Below are positions 13,741 through 27,600 of a stretch of 64,000 nucleotides of DNA, one piece after another. Within the stretch, counting starts at the first letter, position 1; every line of letters starts with the position of its first letter. The notes under the pieces were generated by a model. The model saw nothing but the letters and a program-made list of their open reading frames with translations, was not told where the DNA came from and did not search any database. The DNA lies in the NCBI GenBank assembly GCA_002633005.1, contig NMRA01000359.1:337438-401437 (forward strand), given 5' to 3'. The position numbers and the translations under genes are program-made. This DNA is from Phoronis australis. Taxonomy: Eukaryota > Animalia > Phoronida.

Positions 13741-14720
13741 AGCTACTGCGAGCTATATAAAGTAGAGTCTTCATCTACATCCAACTTCAAGTAGCATCCC
13801 GTCCTGGGCCCGAGGTCTCATATTTGTACTCGAAATTGAGTTTCAAATTATTTTTAACATTTTCTGTTCTACTTTTACTATTACTACAAATTCGAGACAA
13901 GTGTCTGAAATTATGTACTCGACTCTGCTATGGTTTACCTGGACGACAGTTTAACCCTAGTTTGCAACCGATGACCCCAACATTAAGGTTATAAGTTCTG
14001 GCTATAAAGTCGAAATTTCGAATTTTAGCTCAAATCTGAGGGTCAAGAAGTGCAAACTTGGAATACAAACTCCTCTGTGGAGACCATGATGTATTCGAGA
14101 ATGGAATAATAATGTAACACTTATGTTGAGATCGTTTAAAAGCAAAAATAATTTTTGGTTCGATTTCGAGTACAAAGATTAGACATAAGGTCCTGTTTAG
14201 TTGAGCAAAAACAGAAAATCCAGTTAGGCTTTTATCGTCCACCATAAAATCAGCCTCAAAATATTCCTTAGTGACAAAGTCTGAAGCATTTTTCGAGTTA
14301 ATATTTTAAAAGTTCTTGTTGCCAACCACAGTAAAATTTATATTTGTATATCGGTATGGATAATTGTGAGATTAATTTTCTGAGAGAAAAAAGTCCAATT
14401 CAAATTTTGCACTTTACCCAGCTAAAGAGGGCAAAGCACAGCTTCAAATTATTCCTAGGACCATTCTTGCCATTATTTTGCAGCAGCCCGGTATTATGCT
14501 TCAACTGCCATAACACTAAAAAAAATTCCATAATCTGTTTTTCACTATGATCTAGAGTGCTAACAAAACAGGTGAAGAGATCATACTGCACAGTATTCAC
14601 AACATCTCACCGCAGTATGCTGAGGATCAGCCAATAAACACTACAGCAACTGTCTATTTTCTGCCTTAGAATTCAATTTTCAAACAAGGGAGCCTTAGAC
14701 TTACAGGAAATTTGTACATT

Positions 14721-15172
14721 AGTGGACTGTTGCATGAAACAATCCCAAACAGGGACTCGCCTAAGGTCCCTAAGTCTTTTTGCATTTTTGTGTCTTTATG
14801 GACCTACAGATGCAATATTTTTCTATCATTTCATCTTTATTATGAGCTCCTCTTTGATTAATGACATTTTCTAGGAAATCAATACAAATAAAAACTCAGC
14901 CCAGAGTTGATTGAAAATAAATACTATAGGGACTTAGTCCTTAAATTGGGGGTGTTGCATGAAAAGATCCCTAGAACTTACTTTCGACAATATTGACAAT
15001 TTAACATAGACTTCACTCTCGATTTGTATCAAAGTCAAAAGATAATTTAGTAAATGAAACTAAAACAATACAAGATAGGGCAATCGATGTTTTCACAAGC
15101 CCAAAAATACGCAGTAGATTTAGAGAACTTAGACGAGTGCCTACTTGGGACTGTTTCATGCAACCGGGCACT
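14721..15172. mobile_element. MITE with ~40-bp TIRs
   Basis: GTTGCATGAAACAATCCCAAACAGGGACTCG at the left end; CGAGTGCCTACTTGGGACTGTTTCATGCAAC at the right end. Confidence 0.7.
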
Positions 15173-15571
15173 GGACCTTGACATGTTGAAAATACTGACA
15201 GGTTGAACTATATGTTGAACACTAGGACAGCTTTATAACACAATACTGAAACATGCTTTTCAATTGACAATATCAAAAATATAAAAGTGAAAATACAACA
15301 AAATAAATACGCCATTATTCACTGTAACTCATAATACAATACGCAACATTTAAGATGACAAGTTAATTTAACAACGAATCGAGTTAAAGCACTTCAATCA
15401 ACCAATGAATGACACTCTTCATATTGGCTTACTTAGATACGCCTAAGCCAACCACTGCTAGGCAATACTAGGATACCAACTACATGAGCACAGCGCGTTA
15501 ACTTATCTTAAAGCAATGAAAAGCATAAGCAATAGCATTCCATGACATCTGAGACAAATGACGTCTATTTT

Positions 15572-16068
15572 CAAGGGGGGGATAAACAATTGGTCGGATT
15601 TCACAAAACCACTTGCCCGAGCTTCAAAACCAGTTCGCTGGACTGCAAAACCCAATGGCTGGTGTTCTGACATGGTGGTCACATCTCAAAACAGGTTGGC
15701 CAGTACCTCAAAGCCAGATGGTCGCAAGCAAAAACTGGTTGGCCGGACCTAAAGTGGGTTGGCTGGAGCTTAAACACAACGACCAATTAATCAAATTGCC
15801 GGTTTTGAACAAAAACAAGTGGGTACGAAAAATAAACTCTAGATGTCACTTGAATCCTTCGACAGTCGTGTTTGAGCACCAGCCAACTGGATATAACACC
15901 AGCCATCGTGTTGTGGGTCCAGTCAACTAGTTTTTTGGGTGAGACCGCTGCGTTTTGAAGTCCAGACAACACATTTGATCAGCCGCCATTGGTTTTACAG
16001 TCCAGCCACCTGATTTTGATGTCCGGGCCGGTGGTTTTGAAGTCCAACCAATTGTTCATAACCCTTTG
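15572..16068. mobile_element. Foldback-type non-autonomous DNA element with long imperfect TIRs
   Basis: CAAGGGGGGATAAACAATTGGTCGGA...TCCAACCAATTGTTCATAACCCTTTG, with internal AAAACC..GG subrepeats. ATTTT flanks both ends (putative 5-bp TSD). Confidence 0.65.
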
Positions 16069-16389
16069 ATTTTGAGACAAACTTTCAAGATCAAGCGTGC
16101 CAAAGATTTCAATCGACCAATGAATGAAACTAACATTGACTCATTTGCATATACCTAAACCAAGCACCACGAGGCACACTTGCCAGGATGTCCACAAAAT
16201 GAGGAGAGCACAATACCTTTTCTTAAGCAATGACTGGCTGAGGCATTGTACAACAACAATGACAATTAAAGCCATTCTGTGACCACTAATTTTCAACCAT
16301 TCATTTAATATTAATAAGCAGAACAACAAAACATAGCACAGCAGAGAGTTGATATGCACCCACCGTGTCTACCGCATACAGTGCAGATA

Positions 16390-17682
16390 CAAGGGTTGAT
16401 CGTAATTTTAGAAAATTCCACTAAAGGTACCAAATGAATGCTGGTAATCTTAAAATAGTCTAGTGGTTATGAAAAACAATCCTCACAGGAACACATCTGT
16501 CACCTTTCATCGGGATTTGTCGTGCAGTATGGAGTATAGGAAGGCAGGTAACAAAGAACATAATAATTACACAAAAATGAAACAGCCAATGAGTGGCAAC
16601 GTAGGTTAAAGCTGTGTGAAACAGTGCTTGTGCAGTTGCCTATATTGTGGTAACTTATTTGACAAATTTCACGAACATCCATTGAGCAACTTGTGAGACG
16701 AACGGAAAGAAAAACAAAATTGACACTAGTGAGACTGTGCAGTAGTCGTATTTGACCCAAAATCCATCAAGGAACTTGGTAGATATTGAGCCACGGGCAA
16801 AACAAACAAAATTGCTGCCAACTAGAGGGCGCCACAGCAGTTGAACTTGTCCAAAAATCCTTGGCAACCATGCATATCCAAGAAGAAAACACATGTCAAT
16901 TTTTTAGTGGTTTGGCCAATACAAAAGCAGATGCCAACAACCAGAGACTAAAAAATTATAGGTGGCTTACAATCAATCAAATCCATCTGAAAGTGGGAAG
17001 GTGTCATTGCATCTTTAACACAAGTCTATTTGCCAAATTTTCTGAAAATCTGTCAAGGAACTTCAAAAATACAGAGGAAAGCCGAAAAAAGTAAAGTTAC
17101 TGATAGGGGGCACAATGGTAGTCGGATCCATCCGACCGTTATCCTTACCTTCATAGAAATACACCGTCAAATGTAACAAAGATCTTGCACAATATTTAGG
17201 AGATACAGCCCGGACTTAAAGAAAAGTGCCACTAGTTGAGGACATGCAAATCATCGTGAACTGTGCTCCTCCCAATACGAACACAAAAGTCATACGCCAA
17301 TTCGCATACTGATCATCAGAGTGATTTGACCAATAGAGGCAGACGTCAAAAATCGGACTCAAAAATAGTAAAAATGGCTACTAGCTATCCGGCGCAGAAT
17401 ACCTAAAATCCATCTGAAAAACAGAAAAATGGGGTCATCTCCTTAACAGATACCTATTTCATGAAAACCGATCAAAGAACTCAGAAGGCACTGAGAGGCA
17501 AATGTAATTAAACTAAAATTGACACCGGTACTTGGATCCCTACAGAAATTAAACCGTACTGCCTCATCCATGACAGCAAATTTCATGAACATTCATTTAT
17601 GAGTTTTAGAAATACAGCAGCAGATGCCAGATGAACGGAAAGACAGACAGACAGCATAATGCGCCCACACATGGATGCATAA
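16390..17682 (+). mobile_element. Possible Helentron-associated non-autonomous element (HINE/DINE-1-like)
   Basis: Recurrent degenerate AAATTTCATGAA/AAAATCCATC core units, then an (ACAG)n tract and a short 3' palindrome ATGCGCCC..GGATGCAT. Boundaries are approximate. Confidence 0.4.
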
Positions 17683-18612
17683 GAATACTCCTAACAGCGC
17701 ACAATGCAAAGTCATTCAATACATGTTCAGAAATAGCCTACCTCACAAATGCAATGCTTGTCGTTTGTAATACAAATCCTGTAGATTTTGTTAGCAGGTC
17801 TAAGAAAAAAGAACTTTGAAAATTACTCAATAAGCTTAATGTCATATACTTGGTTTCATTTTCAAGAATGTCGGCGTACACAGCTAACTCTCAAAGTAAT
17901 TCCCACGATACATAATAACATCCTTAGATTTGTTCATACACCAATCATGTCTTTGCCTTGTAATTTTGCTAGACCTATATATTTCATAATTTGGCAAGAA
18001 TATTTGGCACTTATATTATGTCATGTTAAAAATTCTCGATGTTCTGTCAAGCACCAGTCTTTCAGATTAAGACGAACAACGAAGCCCTGCGGCTAAGTTA
18101 AATGTGGGTACAAAAATATAACAATCACCTTCAACAACTTGTTAACTAATCCGTCTTGATCTCATACAACCAATCAAGTGATGAGAAAAATAGGTTTTGT
18201 CCAGTCATGATCCCAATACTCTGAACAAGGCTTACCTACCAGAACCAAACAAAATAGCTAATATATGACACTAAGGAGCTCAACATTCACTAGAGGGCGT
18301 TAGTAAAAACAATAGACTTACAAATAAATGAAATATACACGCATTCAGGTCATCACTTCTGACCCCTCTACAAAAGCCTCCCCCATGCAGTTGAGCAACT
18401 TTCTGTTCTCAGTCCATTAATATTAGCGCCACCTAGTGAAAAATTAAGTCACCCTTAGATGCAGCACTATGATGCACAACATATGTTGAACCAGGCCAAA
18501 AATGCACAATATATCCACGATAAATCTTAATAAACTCTTATTTACAAACGGATTTCAAATGGTTTCAATTTACACAACTGACAGCAACATCAACCCAGAC
18601 AAGGCATGTCCA

Positions 18613-21600
18613 TTACTTTTTCTGAGTTTTGGCCGTTTTCTTGGCTGTAGCTAACGACGCTGCAGTTTTGGCGTCTTTGTTTCTAAATCGGTTCCAAAAC
18701 ACTTCAAGCTGGTGACAGAGTGCTTGGGGTAATGCAGTCGTCTGTCGGTTTACCCACTCGTCAATAGGGGGCAACACTAGGTGAGGGTTGTACTTTGCCA
18801 AGGAGATGAAGCTTTCCACAGTGCAGTACTGCAAATCCAGTAGTGCTGAAAAAGTTCAGGAAAATTTAACAAATAATAACTGATGGAATGAAATACTATA
18901 ATTAAGGAAAAACTAGAATAATTTCGTTTTAAAACATACTTCATGTACAACTGAAAGAACTTTGAAAAAATATTTTGTACGATAAAATTCCATACATTTA
19001 AGACACAATATGGCACAATTAAGAAACATTTTTTCTTTCATAAACAATATTTTCTATAGCATAACTACAATAAGACCCATGTGTTGAGAAACTACGCCCT
19101 TCACCACTTGCTATGTAAGCCAACTTCCATCAACCATTACACCGCCGGCTAAATCCCACTCATAAAGTACTTAAAACACAGTGCGGTCACTAGGCCGCGC
19201 AGTCAATGACCTGTCTCATGAACCCGGCATGCGTGCTGTGTTGGTGATTTTCTGTTTTAGTGAGAGAGACATCTCTTAACCTTTTGATCAGCAATAATAT
19301 TTTCAAAGAGTAGTAGCAGTACTTCGGGACTCTATCAACACTTAAGTTTGAAAGTCACTTTGGAACAAAAATAAACAAATTAACTTCTGGTCAAGAGGTA
19401 CATGAATTGTTTTTTTTTTCTGACTATAATAATATGTATGAATCATTGCTTTCCACGGCGTCACATGTACCAATTATTAGAAGATTTTTACGGAATTTTA
19501 AGGCCATGTATGAACTATTCGAGTGTACTAACTAATTACGGTATAGTATTTAGGACCATAGTGGGAATTCGTGCATTAACCGTTACAAAATCAAGAGCCC
19601 TCTACGAAAGTCACGCAATATTTGCCAAATCATCAGTTCTTTTTACATTAAATGCAATGCACCGTGCATAAATAACATGCACATGCACACGCACACACAA
19701 GTGTTGCCTGATGTGCATGAATGGGGCAGTCAAAACAATGCTAGAAGACTAAGAAATCGAAAAATAAATTCAGGCAACCATTCTGATAAAAAATTGGTGA
19801 TTTTATTGTACCGTATGATAATTGAAACTTGGAAATTCTTACATGAGACATTTGATGTAATTATTGACAATCATTTCACAGAATAAAAAATACAGATTAA
19901 TTTAGTTAAGAGGTAATTTTTATACCATGGCAGTGCAATACAACACAATACAATACAATAATACAATACAATACAATACAATACAATACAATACAATACA
20001 ACGCAATGCAATGACAAAAATATCATCAAAATGCTCTAATACACTAACCCTTCTAGCTGAGCCCAGATCAGGAGTATATTTAATGATTGTAAGTGCCACT
20101 AGGTGGAGCAACTGGACAACAGTTTGGCAATAGGCCTTCCCTTTATCAACAAGGTAGTCAGTGCTTAGAAACACACCGACAATGAGAGAGAGTAGCTTTA
20201 AGTTGTGTGCAGAATGATATGAGGTAAGCCAAGAGCCTTGTAGTTGATGTTTTACGACATGATGGCACTTTTTGAACCTCATGAAAATGTTATCAAGCTG
20301 AAAACTCAGGATTTTGGAACAGTTAAAAAACCTGGTTGTGTGATAGATATTCAAACTTTCTACTCTGGATATTACATAGGCACATAGGCCACCGGCCCAT
20401 ATACAAATGTAATGGCAATTAAGACACAACAGGTAAGTCACAAGAATCACGCCTTTGCTAAGCATAGACAAATTCCATAAATACTTCTAAGGCTATTCAC
20501 ATCACTATATTAAATTGATTGTAATATGAAGACTGTTTTATCCCAATTATTCAGCAGATAACAAATTTCAGTAACCTTTAACTTTTGCAGACATTCACCC
20601 TGTTTGATTTACCACTTATTACAGTCTAGAATCCAAATGTATGCATATTTTCAAACTGTAGAGCTAGGTGTAAATTCAATCACATGCAGGGCAGTGGCCA
20701 ATTACACCAATACATTTACAAGTTAACTGATCCCCTCTGCAAACATTGGTCAACAAGGTCAAGGAATCAAGGGTCATTCCTCTTGTAAAGTTGTCAGCAC
20801 CCTAATTTATACACACTGAACTGACTACAACAGAAAAGAACTGGCCTAGTATATAAGTTGGCCCACATAAGAGGAGGGAACTACATAATTGGTTTTGCTA
20901 TTCACAATACCATGTTAAACATGTGCAGACTTTTGAAGCATTCATACCAAGCAAGCAGCATACAAATAGCCTGTATTGATTACTATGCAATTCTATTGGC
21001 TCACAAGAGCTGATTTCAGTCTACCTATTCAAAAGTTCAATAACTGCCTTGTCTTGATCTCTGACTATCAACAGTCTGAGGTTGAAGGAAGTCTGAGTCC
21101 TGTAAGCAGGGTATCCACTAGAAACTAAATCCGGGGTAGGGGGAATATATAATGGTCTCACTCACTTAGGGGATAAGTTATAACAAACTTGCCATCGTTA
21201 TACAGGTGTCCACAGGTAATAACTTACCTGAAAATTATGTCAATTTTTGTGCTTAATTTATTTGCAGAGCCCAGGTGCAACTGTACTGGCCTTAACTCAA
21301 TACTGTACCACTGAGTAACTTCTCATATGTATTTTAAAATTTAGTCATTCACCTTGTTTATTGCTCGTAATTTTTAATTACGTAATTTGGTGGAGAAGTC
21401 TAAGCCTGTGTCTTTATTTCACTATATTATTATTTAATCCTACTCTAACTTCATCTGATGCACAAACTGGCTTCAATTTCTTCAGCAGTCATGAAAATGC
21501 CAAAAAACACCAGATGACTTTAATGCTCTTTTATCAAATGAAATTGCAAGCTTGAGGCAAAACAATGTTTTCTGAACAAAAATGTTTTCAGTCACTGGAA

Positions 21601-24600
21601 AGTGTTAATCCAACAAACCACCTTAACATGGAGTTTTCATGTAAAACATGGAGTTGTCCAACCTAAACTTTATAAGGTAATAAGGACCTTCACTGATACG
21701 GATGGAAATTCTTTAACTAGTGCCAGAAAACTAATCGATGCCCCCCCGTTCCTAGGTCCTCTGGCCCTCCCTCAGTAGAGGAAAAGAAAAACTTCGACTT
21801 TCAACAGGTTTTCGTCAATCGGCGCAAAACCTGGCACGACTTTGCCCTTCCCCGAAAAACCGAGAATTTTCACTGGCCTCCAAACTTTTAAAGACAAGAA
21901 TTAACACTAGACTGAAAAAACTATATTTTTAAGCTCAATGACGATCAACGAATTTTAATATGCTCATGATAGCAATGCCTAGATGTACGTAACCACATGA
22001 TAGCGTTTTTTGATATAACCGAATTTAACACATCAAACACATTTTTACACGAAATTTTAGTTAGAAATCAAGACTTCTGTTTTTCAAGAAATGCTGACCT
22101 TTAAGTACCAAGTGGCATGAGGTATTGCATAACAACAAGGGATCGAAAAGTGATTAAAACTGATGGCAATTAAACTAATTATTTTTGTTTTAATAATTTA
22201 ATATCTACTGTCAATCAAAACATCTAATTTCTTCATCATGCATTTATTACAGATCACAAGTCCCGGCAGGATACGACAACAACGATTACGCTTATTAGAA
22301 TGGCTCTCATGTCAGCGACAGTATTAGGTCAAAACGAGGCTGTGGCCTTCATAGAACGACACATTGTGGAGCACAAAGACAAATGTGATCTGATTGACGC
22401 AGTGGGTCGCAGCGAGCTCGCACTCAACCTAGCAACAGCATACATTCGCCAAAACAAGAGGTCAATATCAGATTACATTATGCAGTTTAAAAAGTTTGTC
22501 AAAACTGAAGAGTGTAGTAGAATCGTTGAGAAGGCTAAGGTATCAGAAAACGACGCCAAACTTTACCAAACAGTCTTGTTTTCGCTTTGCTCTATTAAAA
22601 GTTTCTTATCAGGTAAAGTTGGTCTGTTGCTATATTTGTGCTCTTATCTAGACAGTCGCCATATACCACTCAAAATTTTGGAGAATGAAGAATTAATGGC
22701 AACAAAATCCAAACTGGTATCTTCAAGCAAAGTGCTGCTCACGTACAAACTCATCTCTCAAGACAGTGACGATAAGAGTACAGCTAGTATGGATCCCCTC
22801 ATTCAGACTGCTATCAGGGACTACCTTTTTCTGTTTCACAACCACGAAGAGCTCGAAGAAGATGACGGAAGTGAAGAATTGGATTTGTACGATGACGTGC
22901 TCAGACCCTTGTCCAATGTCTTCATGCAACACTGTCCTGATGAATGCAGTACACCGCAGGAGTTCTCTGAATCTCATTTATTCGCACCACACATGAACAG
23001 CTTGGGTTTGAACGTTTGGCGCCAGGGACAGATAATTAGCGGTAAAACTAAAGAGATGTTTGTAGATTTGGCCGAGGACGTGCTGGATACATCCTTAGTT
23101 GCCATGATACATTCGAGAATGTTCTCGCCAGCCAGGGAGGTAAGCAATGTCTTGCTCGAACTTAAGGGCATCAAGTACGGGACACGCCATCAAGAGGTAA
23201 CGAGGACGCTAGCCAATGTGGGAATTGTTACGTATCACAACGGGGATGCAATGAAAGCTCTGGCCATATTTGAAAAAGTTTTGAAGATGGAGCAAGACAA
23301 TTATGGGAAAGACCACATAGAGGTCGCCAATACCCTAGACCCATATATAAGTGCACTTAACGACCTTTCCTATTACGCTAAAGCGAGAGACCTAGCCAAA
23401 CGTGCAATAAAAATCAAAGAGAGGGCGTGTGGGAAGATTTCTTTATCAACTGCCAAAAGTATGTCAAAACTGGCAATAGCTTTGGATGGATTAGGGGAAA
23501 TGGAGGAGGCCAAAAGACTGTTTGAAGAAATTTTACAAATTGTGCAGAAATGTTCTGGTTTAGAGAGTATTCAAAACGCTGAAACAATGGAGAATTTCGC
23601 GCATACACTCACATCATTAGGTGAGAGCAAATCCGCGAGTTCGTATCTTGAAAAAGTGCTTAAAATTAAACGTAACTACTATCCTAACAATCATATAGAG
23701 GTTGCCCACACGTTAGGCAACATGGCCACCGCTATACAGGAAACGGATCCTCCAAAAGCTAAAGAGCTCTGCCAACAGACTCTGACCATATACCAAAGTC
23801 ACTTCGGAAAGATCAGTATTCAAGTAGCGCGCTCCTTGGCAGAGTTGGGAAGCATACTTCGTGCGTGTGGTGAGCTTCGAGAAGCGGAAAAGATGTACCA
23901 AGAGTCTCTCCAAATGAAAGAGCAACTTTTAGGCAGCCATCACATTGAGATGGCCAGCACAATGAACAACTTGTCAACAGTGGAGACACAGCTGGGAGAC
24001 AGGAAGTACGCGAGAATACTGCTGGAGAAGGCCAAGAGGATATGTGAATTGAATGGAGACTCAAGTCAGGCAGTTTTGTCAAAGGTGAACGAAAACCTGA
24101 AACAGTTTCAGTTGAAGTAACATTCGCTGAAACCTTGCAGTCTGCTGCAGCTACAAAGTCTATATTTTGAATGACACACGAGATCTGACAAAGATTTTCT
24201 AAATCTGAAATAGTGGATTTGCAAACTCACTGTGTTTACACAATCGACAAGCATACACTCAACTCTTACTATGAAAGGAGGTGGAAATCACTTAAGGACT
24301 TCAAGGGAAGGTATAAACAGACAACCATGAAAGTACCATACTGCGCACAAAGACCTAATGATGGTCAGAAAACTTACTGAGCGAAGAAGATATGATGAAT
24401 AGACTAAACGTGTTCTAGAATCATCTTAGAAGGGACTGTTTTACTGAGTTTCTCTCCAAAAAGTCATCTAAGTTTTATCTTGTTTAATCATAGATTATAG
24501 ACAACAGATTCGCAACTGTGACATTTTCTTGTGCACTAACTCTAGAGGAGGCGCCACTCTCCTAAATTATCTGTTTCACTTTCCGGTTAGTGTATTGTGA

Positions 24601-27600
24601 CGACACAACCGCCGACCATGATTAGCAGATGACGTACTTGCCGGAAATAGTACCAGATAATTTGGCCAGGTGTCGCTAGTGAACAATGACGTCATTGCTT
24701 CAGTAAGAGCACAGATTTCGTCCATTGAAAGTATACAGAGTTGGCGGTCCACGTACAATAGTCTATGGTTTAATAAACATTTCCCAGCAGTAATATCTTT
24801 TAGTACATATCAAGCACCCACACACTAAGTACTGTCTCTTGCAGGGCTTGGAATGACCCATGACAAAAAAGAGGAAAATTTTCCTGCTGATGAATCATTC
24901 CACAAATAAATTGGCTTGTGTGATAGAAATAATTTTTGTGTTGTAAACTGTAATTGAAATAAACATTTTTGCACGAATAAAGTGAAAATAATGACAAAAA
25001 AAGAGATGAAGAAAAAGGAAAATGGAAACAAAATAAGAGGAAATCAAAAACAAAAAAGAGGAAATCCTCTTAAAAAATAATTAAAATTCCAAGCCCTACT
25101 CTTGAAGTGTACAACTTCTAAATATTAGACTAAGAACAGTACTCTCCGGATCCACAATATTTTGGTAGCTTCATTCAAATTACTGACAACAACAATGTGA
25201 TACAATAATTCATGATTGTGATCATGATACCACAGTGACTATTCCCATAAAAATATCACTCTCTTATGACAAGCTGAAGTCGGGCGCAAGACCAATAGAA
25301 GTTGAAATTTGGTCAACAACACGAGAGCCACTTAAATAACAAAACCTAACAACATAACAAGACAGAGCGCGTGCAATGAAAACCAAGTCAATGAATCGAG
25401 AAGTAGTAACAGTGACTGTTGACATGTCAAGATAAAATTAGTACAAACTCTGAGGTAATTTAAGGTCTTATCATCGAGGTAACTGCTTTTTGAATGATAT
25501 TCAAGATAAATGTTATCAGTAGATACCCAATACAGCTTAAGACGAAAACCAGCTGCGGAATTCAGAAAAATGATTAAACTCACTCAAGTTTCCGCGTAAG
25601 GTAAACTTGTGATAAAGTCCTCCACAGGTGCCTTTAGCGAAGATCAACTGGTACTTTTATGCGAACACAATGGATGTTTTGTATCATAGAAATGGATCAT
25701 GGTAGATCATTATGTATGAATTCTTTTACGATATCATACATTTTAGTCTTCAACAAATCTCTATTTCATCTCTCGAAGATGTAATTCAGAAAAGGCTTGG
25801 CATGCGCAATACCGAAATCATAATTGCTACATAAAGGGAATCAATGTGCTTTATAAGACACTCATAAATTGACTCTGGTCTAATTTCTTTGTTCGGAAAA
25901 CTTGGAGGGAAAAGTTTTTTTCAATTGAAAAGTGTCGTGCAGACCCACTGGTCGACAAGGTGCAAGTAAAAATGGTGCTTACCTTGGTAGGATCCCTTTT
26001 CTGCCAGTATGGTCTTCATGAGGTTCACGATGGGAAAAATCAAGTTACTTTGATCCAAGGGGCAGCGTGAACATAACTGGCCTGAAATATGCAACAAAGA
26101 TTACGATGGTTAGACAAACGGCAGATACCATAACAAAGTGTGGCATTTTAAATCAGCGTTGTACCTTGTGAACAAACAAAACAATCATTTATTAACTAAA
26201 GTTATCTATCATCTTGACCTGCGGAATAATGAGACGGGGAGAAACACCAAGATGACTTTCAGAAAAGCGGCGAAAGAGAAGCTCTGAAAAATTCATAACT
26301 TGAAGGGTGCTACGTTACATACCATTGGATACCACACAATGTCCATAATAAACTGACTATCAGGGGTTAATCGCGCGTTGTGTTTCTCCTTATTATCCTT
26401 GGTGAGAATTTTGTTAACGTGTTGCTCAACCCAGTCACTTGCTTTAATAGCAAAAATACCCAGAAGTCCAGCTTGAGTACTACAGTGCACAAGGTCATAC
26501 TGTTGGTGAAAAATTTTGGGTGGCTGGAGATCCTTATGACAACTGACCTCCTTTGTTGCAACAGGCCAAGCAATTTTTTGAATAACTTTTTAAATATTCA
26601 TTTAAAACCCATGAAATGTTATATTTTCAAAATCCAATATACAATGTAATTGCTAATTACTGACAGTGGTAATTTCTATTTTTAGCTTATGACGAGCTCA
26701 TAAATACTGGCTTGTTTAAGTAATTGTGAATATCAAATATCTGTCTCCAAGTCATAAGTCTCCTTCATGAAACAAATCCCAGATTTTTATCACCAAATGA
26801 GCAGACAAATAATATATTGTTTTTGTCTAAAACTTTAAAATTCAGTGTCAAGTCAGCAGTAAAGATTGAACGCGGGCCCAGTTTTACAACAGCAAGTATT
26901 CTAAAACAAAATTAAAGCTCATTGACTGAGGTGGGTTTATGGACGGTTTAAAAGTCAATTTACAAAATCTGGAACTTGGAAACACTAGTCAGCTACCTTT
27001 AACATACAATATTCTGAGAGGCCATAAAACATTGACTGACACCTTATATAACTAATATATTAAGGTAATTCTGCTGCTAACCGCAGCAGCTGTCTTTTAA
27101 TTGTTTAAGAAAACAATTGTCTATTAATGCATGCGCGCACCCAACCTAAAACTGTGGGGCTCGAATTTTTGAGAATGTGGATCTTTTACTAAGATTCACG
27201 GGGTACGTTCAGAACTATGACCTGCGCATTCGCCGAATTTTATTAGTCCCTGTCTTTTTAGTTGACACTTGACTCGTTTTCTACTTTTTTTCGGAGTTTT
27301 TATTTCTCAGAGGCGGACCTTTTTGCCCACTTCACCAAATGGGGGGATCGTTCGAGGCCCCCGAGCCCCCCCTGGGTGAACCCATGCAATGCATTAAGAG
27401 AATTCGTGCGAACAAATATCAAGAATAAAATTAATGCTACATTCCTTACCAGACAATCTTGTAACAAACAACATGAATTCATGGCTGACGTTTTTCTTGT
27501 TCCACTCACTCAAGGCGGGCAGACATTGACCCAGAACGAGGTTCTTATAGGCCCAGTCCCACTCCTCATAAATCGACAGCAGGTCTATCGCTTTCAGTTC

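Noticed and set aside
19920-20471. 183-aa minus-strand ORF ending in CIVLY repeats
   Set aside because: It runs through the (CAATA)n microsatellite and has no domain features.
21130-21155. SGVGGIY as a possible P-loop exon for the TPR gene
   Set aside because: It lacks the GKT/S signature and has no convincing splice sites or downstream Walker B.
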